Shown here: piece by piece, positions 52,260-61,917 of the stretch
Position numbering within the stretch: the stretch's first letter is position 1
Layout of the letters: each line of letters starts with the position of its first letter
The notes under the pieces: model-generated
What the model saw: only the letters and a program-made list of their open reading frames with translations
Database searches by the model: none
What the model was told of the DNA's origin: nothing
Position numbers and translations under genes: made by a program
Source: Thermoanaerobaculia bacterium
GTDB taxonomy: Bacteria > Acidobacteriota > Thermoanaerobaculia > Multivoradales > Multivoraceae
NCBI GenBank assembly: GCA_963664405.1
Contig: OY761158.1
Span: 2,784,001 to 2,848,000 of the forward strand
Direction of reading: 5' to 3'
DNA: 64,000 nucleotides

Positions 52260-53489
52260 ATGATCTCAAATCCGGGCGCTGAAGGCGTCTCACCGGTCCG
52301 AGTGCTATTTGTCGCCCCAACGGGTGATCTCAGCGGCGGCGAGAATAGCCTCCTCGCGCTGCTCGAGCGCTTGGACCGAGATCTCGCAGAGCCGGTCGTG
52401 CTGGCGCCCTTCGAAGGTCGTTTCACCGAGAGATTGGGCGCCTCAGGCATCGAGGTACTCGTTCAGCACTTCCCCAACTTCTCGGCCGATGAGATCCGAC
52501 CCAGCAGACTCCCCAACCCGCATGACACGTGGACCGCCAGCCGCGAGATCGCCGAGATCATCCGTCGAAGAGAAATCCGCATCGCGCACATCAACTCTTA
52601 TCGCGTTGCTCTCGCCCCGAGCCTGGCGGCCCGTCGAGTCGGTGTGCCGGTGATTTGGCATGTACGCGAAATACCTGGTCGCAGGTGGGTCTCCGGGCTG
52701 GTGAGCCTTGCGGCTGTGAGCCTCGCAGATCGGGTGATCGTCGTTTCTGCGGCAACTGCCAACGGCTTGCGCAGACCCCTCCGCGGATCAGAGAGAATTC
52801 GAGTGGTCCACAACGGAATCGACGCCGAATCATTCCTCGATAGAGGTGCAAACTGGTCGACGATTCGGTCCGATATCGGCGTCCCGGAAACTGTGCCACT
52901 GGTATGCAACGTGGGCCAGATGATCGTGTGGAAAGGGCAGGATCTTCTCCTCGCCGCCGCCCGCGAGGTCCTCGACCACCTCCCCGACGTGCACTTCGTC
53001 TTTGTCGGCTCTACGCTTCGCATGAACGTGGGAGACTCGACAGCGAAAGGGGTTTTCGAGCAGCGCCTTGGCGAAATGGTCGATCGTCTGAACCTTCAAG
53101 GGCACGTTCATTTCCTCGGATATCGAGACGATGTATCGGCCATCCTTCAGGCTTCCGACCTCTACGTCCATACCGCCCGCCGTCCCGACGCTCTTCCCCG
53201 GGTCTTGCTGGAAGCCATGGCCTGTGCGACTCCGATCGTCGCTCCTTGCGGGGGAGGGATCCCCGAGATGATCGTGGACGGACAAGATGGCCGTCTCTAC
53301 CGCCAGGGATCGACGGCCGCGCTCGTGAGGGCGGTTCTCGAGTCGCTCCAGGACAGGGCCGAAGCCCAGGCGCTAGCGGCGCGCGCGCGCGCGACGGTGA
53401 AGAGCCGCTTCAGCCTCGAGGCTCACGTCGGCGCCATTCAGGGCATCTATCGAGAGCTGCTTTCGAGCCGGCGGGCAGTTACCCAGTAG
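52260..53489 (+). CDS. Glycosyltransferase family 4
   Basis: GGE..L, WHVRE, VHNGID, WKGQ, GYRDD, LLEAMAC. Confidence 0.92.
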   Translation: MISNPGAEGVSPVRVLFVAPTGDLSGGENSLLALLERLDRDLAEPVVLAPFEGRFTERLGASGIEVLVQHFPNFSADEIRPSRLPNPHDTWTASREIAEIIRRREIRIAHINSYRVALAPSLAARRVGVPVIWHVREIPGRRWVSGLVSLAAVSLADRVIVVSAATANGLRRPLRGSERIRVVHNGIDAESFLDRGANWSTIRSDIGVPETVPLVCNVGQMIVWKGQDLLLAAAREVLDHLPDVHFVFVGSTLRMNVGDSTAKGVFEQRLGEMVDRLNLQGHVHFLGYRDDVSAILQASDLYVHTARRPDALPRVLLEAMACATPIVAPCGGGIPEMIVDGQDGRLYRQGSTAALVRAVLESLQDRAEAQALAARARATVKSRFSLEAHVGAIQGIYRELLSSRRAVTQ

Positions 53490-54025
53490 GCAGATGGAAA
53501 TCCCGCCTCGGACTCGTCCATCCCGTCGAGAACGACGATTTCGTAGTCGTGCGCGAGCAGATGCCTCAGGCCGTACTCGGTGAAGCGCCAGAAGTCTTGA
53601 GGGGCCATGTGGATCGCTTGGCGGAACGGAACTCCAAGCAGGAGGGTGCCTCCCGGACGAAGAATTCGCGTCATCTCGGCTAGGGCGGCGCGGTAGTCGT
53701 CGACATGCTCCAATACACCACGCAGAAGATGCAGTCGAAGCTTTCGGCTTCGATCTCCGGCATGCTCCGCACATCGACCACGAGGTCGGCACCGAATTCT
53801 GAGCCGACCTCCGAGGTCAGATAGGAGTGAGAGCGGGGGAAGTAGTCCTGGTAAAGACCACCCGCACCGTCCTCATCCCGGCCCGAGCCGAGGGACAGGA
53901 CGCTCCCGCCAATCGGCGCCGCATGTGGCGAATCACAGGTTCGATTCTCGTCGAGCCTTCGACGGGCCCCCGCGTCCGATGAGACGAGCACCCAAGGTCC
54001 GGAGTTTCGCTACCAGCTCGGTCAT
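53447..54025 (-). pseudogene. Class I SAM methyltransferase (Methyltransf_11-like), frameshifted
   Basis: VLSLGSG, SFDCIFC / LEHVDD..EM.RILRPGG..H..P.DFWRFT..GL in different frames; AAGGAGG RBS before ATG 54025; indels near 53930 and 53722. Confidence 0.75.
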
Positions 54026-54081
54026 TTCTTGCCTCCTTTCAACAGCGGACGCCTGCGAGTTTAGCCGTCACCAGGGCGAAG

Positions 54082-55557
54082 TCATCGCCCGGCAGCCGGC
54101 AGCAGCCGCTTCCACCCGGCGAGCGCGGTAGCGGCAAGGACGATTCCGGCGAAGATGCCTCGCAACAGGAGAGGCTGCAGGAGCGAGCCGGCGATCAGGG
54201 GGACGAGCGAAGCTATGGTGAGAGCCGTCAGAGACCTCGTATGCCTACGCACCGCCGGCACGGTCCGGTGCGCCAGGACAATGGCCATGACTGTGTCGAG
54301 CGCCACTCGCCCGGTCCATGCAACCGCAGCTCCGAGGATGCCGAAGCGTGCCGTCATCCACCATGCGAGCGGCAGATACGGCAGCAGCTGGAGGAGATGG
54401 ATCTTGGTTGTGAGATCTGGACGACCCGCCCCCTGCACCAGAACATGAGGTACGCGGTTGACGCTACTCAGTAGGAGCCCGAACGAGAGGCAGCGGAGGA
54501 CCGGCCCGCTGCGCTCGGCAAACTCCTCACCAAGCCAGAGACGCATGATCTCGGGGGCAAAGGTCGCGAGTACGAAGGCGGCCGACCCCATCGCCACCAG
54601 CAATAGGTCGAATCCCCGCCGGTAGAGAGCTGACGCTCGTTGGCCACCGGCGCTCAGGTCGGTGCTGAAGGTCGGAAAAAGGACCGAAAGCACTGCGTTG
54701 GGGAGGTTGAGGAGACGAACGAGCAGCTGTCCGGGGGTGGCATAGAAGGAGACTGAGGTGGCGCCTACTATGAAACCTACGAACAACCGATCCACATAGA
54801 CAAGGAGCGGACCGATCAATCCGTCGACCGTGACCCAGCCGCCAAAGCCGAGCAAGGGGAGCGCGTGATGAGTGTCGATCTTCAAGCCCGAGGTTTGCCA
54901 TTCTACTTTCCTCGCGCACGCCACCGCGCTAACAAGACAGGTCAGAAGGCGGCCCGACAGCTGGACCATGACGATGTGATCGAGCCGAGCCGTCAGCGGC
55001 AGGACGGCAAGCGGTGCTAGATAAGTCCAAGCGCCTCCGAACGCCCGCAGGGAGCTCACCAGGCCGAAGCTGCGGTGAGCTTCGAGAACACCGCGGAATC
55101 CTGCCTCGGCGAGAAGGATGGGTACCGCCGTCGCCACCAAGAAGAAGGAGCGTCGGGCCTCGGGCACCAACTCCGCCGGCATTTTCAGGATGCGTTCCGC
55201 CAGAATCGGCGAGAGCAGCATGCCGAGGGCGGCGATAATGATACCGAGGGCGCCTATCATGGCCATCCCGGTCGTCACCAGAGACGGTATCGATTCGAAG
55301 TCGCGCTGTCCGATCCGGCGCGCGACACTGTGGGTCAGCGCGCGACCTATTCCCAGATCGAATACTCCGTAGTAGCCAATCAGGACGGCGATAACGAGAA
55401 GCAGTCCGAAGCGTGCAGTTCCCATGGCGCGCAACAGGAAGGGCACTGCCAGCAGAGCAGCGAGCATCGACACGATATGGCCGCCGACAGTGACGGCGAC
55501 ATCGCGGTCGACCCGCGCCGGCGCTGTGCCATCTGGGGAGGAGGTAGTTCGCTTCAA
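54082..55557 (-). CDS. Polysaccharide flippase (Wzx)
   Basis: About 12 TM; FGLL..FDLGIGRA, DRLFVG..G...V.FY, LFP, LWLG.EF. Confidence 0.9.
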   Translation of the reverse strand: MKRTTSSPDGTAPARVDRDVAVTVGGHIVSMLAALLAVPFLLRAMGTARFGLLLVIAVLIGYYGVFDLGIGRALTHSVARRIGQRDFESIPSLVTTGMAMIGALGIIIAALGMLLSPILAERILKMPAELVPEARRSFFLVATAVPILLAEAGFRGVLEAHRSFGLVSSLRAFGGAWTYLAPLAVLPLTARLDHIVMVQLSGRLLTCLVSAVACARKVEWQTSGLKIDTHHALPLLGFGGWVTVDGLIGPLLVYVDRLFVGFIVGATSVSFYATPGQLLVRLLNLPNAVLSVLFPTFSTDLSAGGQRASALYRRGFDLLLVAMGSAAFVLATFAPEIMRLWLGEEFAERSGPVLRCLSFGLLLSSVNRVPHVLVQGAGRPDLTTKIHLLQLLPYLPLAWWMTARFGILGAAVAWTGRVALDTVMAIVLAHRTVPAVRRHTRSLTALTIASLVPLIAGSLLQPLLLRGIFAGIVLAATALAGWKRLLPAAGR

Positions 55558-56279
55558 GGAAGGAGTCGAGCGTTCCGGGTGTGCCGCTTGGTGGAGACCT
55601 CGGCCATCGTAACGTTGAGCACTCCCGTCTCTTTCTCGAAGGAGTCGGCGCCGGGCAGAATCCTCACCTCGAAACCATCGTCATCGAGCAAGCTTTCGAT
55701 GACGCGGTTGCAGCCGAACTTCTCGATGAGCTCTGGATCATCCAGATAGTAGTCATCGAAGACGACAAGGGTAGTAGGTCCGACGAGCGGAAGCACCGCC
55801 TCCCAATCTCCTCGAATGGTTTCCAGCGAATGGCCACCGTCGATGAAGATCAGATCGAAATCGAGTTTCGAGGAGGTGTGCTCGGCGACGAAGGGCGGCA
55901 AGGTCGAGGAAGAGAAGCCCTGATAGAGCTCCACTCGTGGACCGACTGCGCTCAGCGAGCGCCGAACCTCCTCGATCCCCGGAGGCAGCTTGGACAATTC
56001 GGATTCGAGGAGCTCGGAATCCATCTGCTCGAAGAGGTCGAAGCCGAAGTAGCGAACTTCGTCTGGCTGGTGAAACACGAGGGCCGTTTGAATCAGCTCA
56101 CGAGCGCGACGGCCCGTATAGACGCCGATCTCGAGGATCGTTTTGCAGCGACGGCGGAAGGCGAGCTCGAGAATCGCCGAGTATCGCGGGTTTGCTGATC
56201 TGGGATACGCCACCTTGGTTCTGTAGAAGAACCGAGAGAGGTGGACGAAGCGCCGCAGTACCATGCGAATCGACGCCAT
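55554..56279 (-). CDS. Class I SAM methyltransferase (Methyltransf_24-like)
   Basis: LEIGVY.G, GFDLFE, G.S..TLP, DLIFIDGGHS..TI..DW, VFDDY. Confidence 0.88.
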   Translation of the reverse strand: MASIRMVLRRFVHLSRFFYRTKVAYPRSANPRYSAILELAFRRRCKTILEIGVYTGRRARELIQTALVFHQPDEVRYFGFDLFEQMDSELLESELSKLPPGIEEVRRSLSAVGPRVELYQGFSSSTLPPFVAEHTSSKLDFDLIFIDGGHSLETIRGDWEAVLPLVGPTTLVVFDDYYLDDPELIEKFGCNRVIESLLDDDGFEVRILPGADSFEKETGVLNVTMAEVSTKRHTRNARLLP

Positions 56280-56326
56280 TGTACTTGGGAATTGCAGAGA
56301 CGGAACAGCCTCGAAATAGGACCTTC

Positions 56327-56347
56327 CTCGAGACCCCGATACAATCC
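56327..56347 (+). promoter_or_regulatory. Repeated 21-bp motif with TACAAT (-10-like), copy 1
   Basis: CTCGAGACCCCGATACAATCC identical to 58685-58705; upstream of a GT4. Confidence 0.55.
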
Positions 56348-56360
56348 CGGCGGGCCGGGA

Positions 56361-57503
56361 ATGAAGGCCATCCTCATCACTACCACCGAGTTCTCGCCCT
56401 TCCGAGCCGGGATTGGCACCTACACATGCGAGATCGCTGCCGCGGCTCAGGCGCTGGGAGGCGCGGTGACGGTCTTCGCGCCGAGCTACGGGACCGACCC
56501 GGCGGATTCGGACCGACTGCGCTACCCCTTCGAGGTCATTCGTTACCCCGGTGAGACTTACGATCGGCGGGCTCTTCCGGGCCTGCTCCTCCGGCTTTGG
56601 CGAGTGGTTGGTGAAAGGCCCTGGGACCTGATCCACGCGGTCGACTGGCCGACCGTCCTGGCGCTGGGCCTGATCCGCCGACTGCGGCCGCTGGAGTACC
56701 GAGCCACGGTCTATGGCTCGGAGCTTCTCGGGGTCGTCGACTCGCTGCACGTGCGCATACTTGCCGGAGGGCGTCTCTTTGCCGCCTGCGAACGGGTGCT
56801 GGCTATCAGCGACTTCACCTCCGACCTCCTCAGCCGGCGCTGTCCTTTCGTCCAGCCCGAGAAGGTCGCGATCACACCCCTCGGCGTAGCGGAGCGTTTC
56901 TTCGAGCCGCCGGATGCGGCCGCCCGGTCGGCTGTGACGAAGCGGCTCTCGATACCTGACGACCGCCAGGTGCTGCTCACGGTGGCACGGCTGGTGCCTC
57001 GCAAGGGTCACCGAGTGGCCTTGAAGGCGCTTCGCCTGCTCCCCGGCGACGTCAAACAAGGTCTCGTCTACGTTATTGCTGGGCGGGGGGATCCTGTCTA
57101 TGAGGAAGAGCTGCGCCGACTGGCGGCCGAGACCGAGGTGCGTGTGATCTTCGCCGGCGCTGTCGGCGATGCCGAATTGGTCGCCCTCTACGGCGTTGCC
57201 GACATCTTCCTCTTACCCGGAGAGCCAGACCCCAAGAGTGTGGAGGGCTTCGGGCTGGTCTACCTCGAGGCCGCGGCGCAAGGAACGCCGGCGGTGGCTT
57301 CGCGCTTGGGTGCCATTCCCGAGGTAGTGCGCCATCAGGAAACCGGACTACTGGTCGAAGCTTGCGACCACGAGGGCTTGGCGGCGGCGCTTGCAGATCT
57401 GCTGAATCACCCGACTCGGCTCGCCGGCATGGGCGCCGCGGCACGCGAACGGGCCCGGGACTACACCTGGGAGCGATGTGCGCGCCTGAGCTATGAGCTC
57501 TGA
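56361..57503 (+). CDS. Glycosyltransferase family 4 (copy 1)
   Basis: EF.P..GI.TY, LTVARL.PRKG, EGFGLVYLEAAAQG. Confidence 0.93.
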   Translation: MKAILITTTEFSPFRAGIGTYTCEIAAAAQALGGAVTVFAPSYGTDPADSDRLRYPFEVIRYPGETYDRRALPGLLLRLWRVVGERPWDLIHAVDWPTVLALGLIRRLRPLEYRATVYGSELLGVVDSLHVRILAGGRLFAACERVLAISDFTSDLLSRRCPFVQPEKVAITPLGVAERFFEPPDAAARSAVTKRLSIPDDRQVLLTVARLVPRKGHRVALKALRLLPGDVKQGLVYVIAGRGDPVYEEELRRLAAETEVRVIFAGAVGDAELVALYGVADIFLLPGEPDPKSVEGFGLVYLEAAAQGTPAVASRLGAIPEVVRHQETGLLVEACDHEGLAAALADLLNHPTRLAGMGAAARERARDYTWERCARLSYEL

Positions 57504-57634
57504 GCGTCGCGGGGTGACGCTCGCTCAGACTCCTGCCTGGGTTCGCCGCGGTGCCGAGCTTGGGTCCGCTATACTGATCACGGCTCGGTGTTGACCGGCT
57601 GGCTTTATCACGGCGCGAACTGACTCCGGGCATC

Positions 57635-58492
57635 ATGCTGAGAAACAAGCGACTTATCCTCGCTCTTTTGATCTCTGTCGGGGTTGCGCTCGTCTCCGTC
57701 TCGGGCCGTCTCGGACCGAGCTATCGACAGCTCCGGTTCCGCCTCAGCGGAACCGTCTCGGTGAACGGCGACACCATGCGCCTCGACCCATCCGACTCCG
57801 TGATCACCCCCTTCATGGTCGAGACGGGGACGTGGGAGCCGACGGAGACGGCCATCTTTCGGGAGCACACGGGGCCTGGCGACACTGTCATCGATGTCGG
57901 CGCCAACGTCGGCTACTACACTCTGCTCGGCGCAAGCCTGGTCGGTGAAGAGGGCAGAGTCATCGCCTTTGAGCCTGACCCCGCTGCTTTCGACCTACTG
58001 ATGGGGAACGTGGCGAGCAACGGATATCGCAATGTGACCCTCGAACAGAAGGCGGTTTCCAACGAGGAAGGCACCCTCGATCTCTACATCGCCGAGGCCA
58101 ACAAGGGAGATCATCGAATCTATCAGCCTGGAGGGCGCGAGCACGTGGAGGTGGAGACGGTATCGCTCGACGGCTACCTGGCGAATTCTCCCGGACGCGT
58201 CGACTTCCTCAAGATCGACACCCAGGGTGCCGAGGGGGCTATCCTTGCGGGCGCCATCGACACCTTGACTCGCAACCAAGATATCGTGCTTGTCGTCGAG
58301 TTCTGGCCCGCCAGTATGCGCGAGCTCGGCTACGACCCCGCCGCCGTGCTCGAGACCCTGACCGATCTCGGCTTCCACCTCTCCTACATCGATGAGCAGT
58401 TCGGCACCGTCACCCCCGTCGATGCGAGGATGGTTCTGAAGAATCTCACTGTCGAGAACAAAAAGTGGAGCAATCTACTCTGCAAACGCTGA
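57635..58492 (+). CDS. FkbM-family methyltransferase with N-terminal membrane anchor
   Basis: WEP.ET, DVGANVGYYT, FEP, LKIDTQGAE, VEFWP. Confidence 0.93.
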   Translation: MLRNKRLILALLISVGVALVSVSGRLGPSYRQLRFRLSGTVSVNGDTMRLDPSDSVITPFMVETGTWEPTETAIFREHTGPGDTVIDVGANVGYYTLLGASLVGEEGRVIAFEPDPAAFDLLMGNVASNGYRNVTLEQKAVSNEEGTLDLYIAEANKGDHRIYQPGGREHVEVETVSLDGYLANSPGRVDFLKIDTQGAEGAILAGAIDTLTRNQDIVLVVEFWPASMRELGYDPAAVLETLTDLGFHLSYIDEQFGTVTPVDARMVLKNLTVENKKWSNLLCKR

Positions 58493-58684
58493 GGAGCTCT
58501 CTTTCGTTCAAACCGCCTTGTCACGGTTCACACGCAGTCCATCCCGTACCTGATGAAGTCTCGAGGCAAGCTCTGCTAGCGCGAGATCGTCCCAAACATC
58601 GCGGTCGGCCCGCGCCCGGCCCGTTGCCATCTGGCGAGGAATAGTAAGGAAGCGACACCTCCTAATCTCCTCGATCGGACCCTT

Positions 58685-58705
58685 CTCGAGACCCCGATAC
58701 AATCC
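58685..58705 (+). promoter_or_regulatory. Repeated 21-bp motif with TACAAT, copy 2
   Basis: Identical to 56327-56347; upstream of the 58790 GT4 operon. Confidence 0.55.
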
Positions 58706-58789
58706 GGCCGGGAGCCCCGGAACGATTGCCATCGCAAGGAAGACACGGCTTGACCCAGACTCATCGCTCCTAGAGGCTGATGCTGAATC

Positions 58790-59887
58790 ATGGAGATTCT
58801 CTACTATCTTGCCGACCAAAACCCCCATCGCGACCGCAGTCTAGGGATCTCGCAGTACACCTTGGGACTCATCGATGGAGTCGCTCGCCTCGGCTCCCAT
58901 CGAGTCTGGAGTCTCGAATCGACCTCTTCGATCCAGGCTTTGATGAGTGATCGCAGGATCCGACTGCCATGGAAGACGGACCGCTTGGCCGGGCGGCTTG
59001 TGGCCGATTATCTGGGAGCGCTGGACCCCCGGCTGCCGAGAGTCGAGATCCACCACTACCCTAAGGGATTTCTTTCTCCTACTCCGCGGCGGCGAGGCGC
59101 CCTCGTCGGAACCGTCTGCGACACGATTCTCGTGCACTATGCCGAGAGGTACCCGCGCGAGCGCAGCCGCTTGGCCTACCAGTACCTCTGCTGCGTCCTG
59201 GCCTCCTCGCTGAGGCGCTTTGATCTCGTCTGCACTCTGTCGCAATTCTCGAAGCGGTGCATCGAGGACTTCTGCCGCAAACGCACGATTACGCCTCCGA
59301 GGATCGTAGTCACCTATCTCGGCGCGCGTTGGGAGGAAGAGGCTGGTTCGGCCCTGTCCAGAGCCGCCCGAGGAGACTATGTCATCCACCTAGCCTCCAT
59401 TCATCCACACAAGGGTACTCGGCGCCTCCTGGACCTCTGGCGGGCGTACCGAGCGCACAACCCTGAGGCGCCTCGCCTTCTGTTGGTCGGCTCGATGACG
59501 CCCGAGGCTCGGGCCGAGGCAGAGTCGATCCCCGGGACGCAGTGCCAGTCGGGGGTGAGCGACGCCCATCTTGAGGAACTGCTGCGCGAGGCCCAGCTGC
59601 TCCTCCTCCCCTCCGAGATCGAGGGCTTCGGCCTTCCGGCGCTAGAAGCGCTCTATCTGGGGACGCCGACTGTCTTCCCGAGCGACACGGCAATCGAGGA
59701 GGTGCTCGGCAAAGACGACTCGGGACGATTCGAGCTCGGTGAGACAGACTCCTTCATGACAGCGGTCGATCGGACGCTGTTGACCGAGCCGGCCGAGGTC
59801 AAAGAGCGAGCCGTTGCCCTCGCCGACAGGTTCTCTTGGGCAAGATGTGTCGACAGGACGATCGCGGCGTACTCCGAGCTCCTCTGA
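58790..59887 (+). CDS. Glycosyltransferase family 4
   Basis: GISQY, HPHKG, PSEIEGFGLPALEA, FSW. Confidence 0.92.
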   Translation: MEILYYLADQNPHRDRSLGISQYTLGLIDGVARLGSHRVWSLESTSSIQALMSDRRIRLPWKTDRLAGRLVADYLGALDPRLPRVEIHHYPKGFLSPTPRRRGALVGTVCDTILVHYAERYPRERSRLAYQYLCCVLASSLRRFDLVCTLSQFSKRCIEDFCRKRTITPPRIVVTYLGARWEEEAGSALSRAARGDYVIHLASIHPHKGTRRLLDLWRAYRAHNPEAPRLLLVGSMTPEARAEAESIPGTQCQSGVSDAHLEELLREAQLLLLPSEIEGFGLPALEALYLGTPTVFPSDTAIEEVLGKDDSGRFELGETDSFMTAVDRTLLTEPAEVKERAVALADRFSWARCVDRTIAAYSELL

Positions 59888-59900
59888 GGCCGGCGACCCC

Positions 59901-61043
59901 ATGAAGGCGATCCTCATCACCACCACCGAGTTCTCGCCCTACCGAGGAGGAATCGGTACTTACACCTACGAGATCGCTGCCGCGGCTCAGGCGCTGGGAG
60001 GCGCGGTGACGGTCTTCGCGCCGAGCTACGGGACCGACCCGGCGGATTCGGACCGACTGCGCTACCCCTTCGAGGTCATTCGTTACCCCGGTGAGACTTA
60101 CGATCGGCGGGCTCTTCCGGGCCTGCTCCTCCGGCTTTGGCGAGTGGTTGGTGAAAGGCCCTGGGATCTGATCCACGCGGTCGACTGGCCGACCGTCCTG
60201 GCGCTGGGCCTGATCCGCCGACTGCGGCCGCTGGAGTACCGAGCCACGGTCTATGGCTCGGAGCTTCTCGGGGTCGTCGACTCGCTGCACGTGCGCATAC
60301 TTGCCGGAGGGCGTCTCTTTGCCGCCTGCGAACGGGTGCTGGCTATCAGCGACTTCACCTCCGACCTCCTCAGCCGGCGCTGTCCTTTCGTCCAGCCCGA
60401 GAAGGTCGCGATCACACCCCTCGGCGTAGCGGAGCGTTTCTTCGAGCCGCCGGATGCGGCCGCCCGGTCGGCTGTGACGAAGCGGCTCTCGATACCTGAC
60501 CACCGCCAGGTGCTGCTCACGGTTGCACGGCTGGAGCCTCGCAAGGGTCACCGAGTGGCATTGAAGGCGCTTCGCCTGCTCCCCGGCGACGTCAAACAAG
60601 GTCTCGTCTACGTTATTGCTGGGCGGGGGGATCCTGTCCATGAGGAAGAGCTGAGCCGACTGGCGGCCGAGACCGAGGTGCGTGTGATCTTCGCCGGCGC
60701 TGTCGGCGATGCCGAATTGGTCGCCCTCTACGGCGTTGCCGACCTCTTCCTCTTACCCGGAGAGCCAGACCCCAAGAGTGTGGAGGGCTTCGGGCTGGTC
60801 TACTTGGAGGCAGCGGCGCAAGGAACGCCAGCAGTGGCTTCGCGGTTGGGTGCCATTCCTGAGGTAGTGCGCCATCAGGAGAGCGGCGTTCTGGTCGAAC
60901 CATGCGATCACGAGGGATTGGCGATGGTGCTGGCAGATCTTTTGCGGGACCCGGGGCAGCTCGAGAGTCTGGGCACCCTAGGTCGTGAACGGGCTCGGGA
61001 TTACACCTGGGAGAGATGTGCCCGTTTGACCTATGACCTCTGA
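59901..61043 (+). CDS. Glycosyltransferase family 4 (copy 2, near-identical to 56361..57503)
   Basis: Same length (1143 bp), offset 3540; central part nearly identical. Confidence 0.93.
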   Translation: MKAILITTTEFSPYRGGIGTYTYEIAAAAQALGGAVTVFAPSYGTDPADSDRLRYPFEVIRYPGETYDRRALPGLLLRLWRVVGERPWDLIHAVDWPTVLALGLIRRLRPLEYRATVYGSELLGVVDSLHVRILAGGRLFAACERVLAISDFTSDLLSRRCPFVQPEKVAITPLGVAERFFEPPDAAARSAVTKRLSIPDHRQVLLTVARLEPRKGHRVALKALRLLPGDVKQGLVYVIAGRGDPVHEEELSRLAAETEVRVIFAGAVGDAELVALYGVADLFLLPGEPDPKSVEGFGLVYLEAAAQGTPAVASRLGAIPEVVRHQESGVLVEPCDHEGLAMVLADLLRDPGQLESLGTLGRERARDYTWERCARLTYDL

Positions 61044-61872
61044 GCTGAGGATACTCTTGGACCCTCTCGATCAGATGCAAGAACCACAAGAGCTTCCCGC
61101 CCGACCCATCCTCGGCACGCCGGTGGTCTTGACGGATTACCGAGGCGCGTTTGAATGCGTGTCGGCCTGGGCCAAGCTCCGCGAGCAGCCACGCCTTGTA
61201 GATGCTGCCAACACTCACGTCGTGGCGATGGCCCGCCAGCGCCGGAGCTTCTACGAAACGATGAATCGCTTCGATCTGGTCTTGCCGGATGGAATGCCTT
61301 TGGTTTGGGTCCTCAATCGGCGCTACCGCGCCCGACTCGAGGATCGGGTCTACGGTCCGACGCTCATGGAGCGCGTGTTCGATTGGTCTCAGGAGCCCGG
61401 CCATGGCCATCTCCGTCATTACCTGCTTGGAAGCAGTGACCAGATTCGTGAGAAGGCGTCCGAGACTCTTTCAAGACGCTTCCCCGCCGCCGTTATCGAT
61501 TCTGGTTATTCGCCACCTTTTGGTGGCTGGGATGCGAACGAGGACCGGGCGATCCTCGATCGGATTGCCGATTCGGGGGCCAACCTCATCTGGGTCGGCT
61601 TCGGATGCCCCAAACAGGAAGAGTTCTTGGCGCGCTTGCGGCCTCGACTCCCGGTAGGGGTGTATTTGGCGGTCGGCGCTGCCTTCGCCTTCCATGCCGG
61701 TACCGTCCCCCAGGCACCGAAATGGCTCCAGAGGATCGGGATGGAGTGGTCTTTTCGCTTGCTGATGGAGCCTCGCCGCCTATTCAAGCGCTACTTCGTA
61801 TACAACTCTCTCTTCGTTTTCTATTTGCTTCGGGACGGACTATTCGGCAGGCCGAATCGCAGTCGCGGATGA
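61033..61872 (+). CDS. WecB/TagA/CpsF family glycosyltransferase
   Basis: PDGMPLVW, RVYGPTLM, SPPF, WVGFGCPKQE, VGAAF.F.AG..QAP.W.Q..G.EW.FRL..EPRRL.KRY. Confidence 0.95.
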   Translation: MTSELRILLDPLDQMQEPQELPARPILGTPVVLTDYRGAFECVSAWAKLREQPRLVDAANTHVVAMARQRRSFYETMNRFDLVLPDGMPLVWVLNRRYRARLEDRVYGPTLMERVFDWSQEPGHGHLRHYLLGSSDQIREKASETLSRRFPAAVIDSGYSPPFGGWDANEDRAILDRIADSGANLIWVGFGCPKQEEFLARLRPRLPVGVYLAVGAAFAFHAGTVPQAPKWLQRIGMEWSFRLLMEPRRLFKRYFVYNSLFVFYLLRDGLFGRPNRSRG

Positions 61873-61917
61873 GCGTTGAGCCATCGCCGGCCGAACGATC
61901 GGTTATCCTGCGCTTCC

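Noticed and set aside
58508-58630. Short divergent ORF upstream of the second promoter motif
   Set aside because: 40 aa, no motifs or clear RBS; cannot be supported as a gene or remnant.
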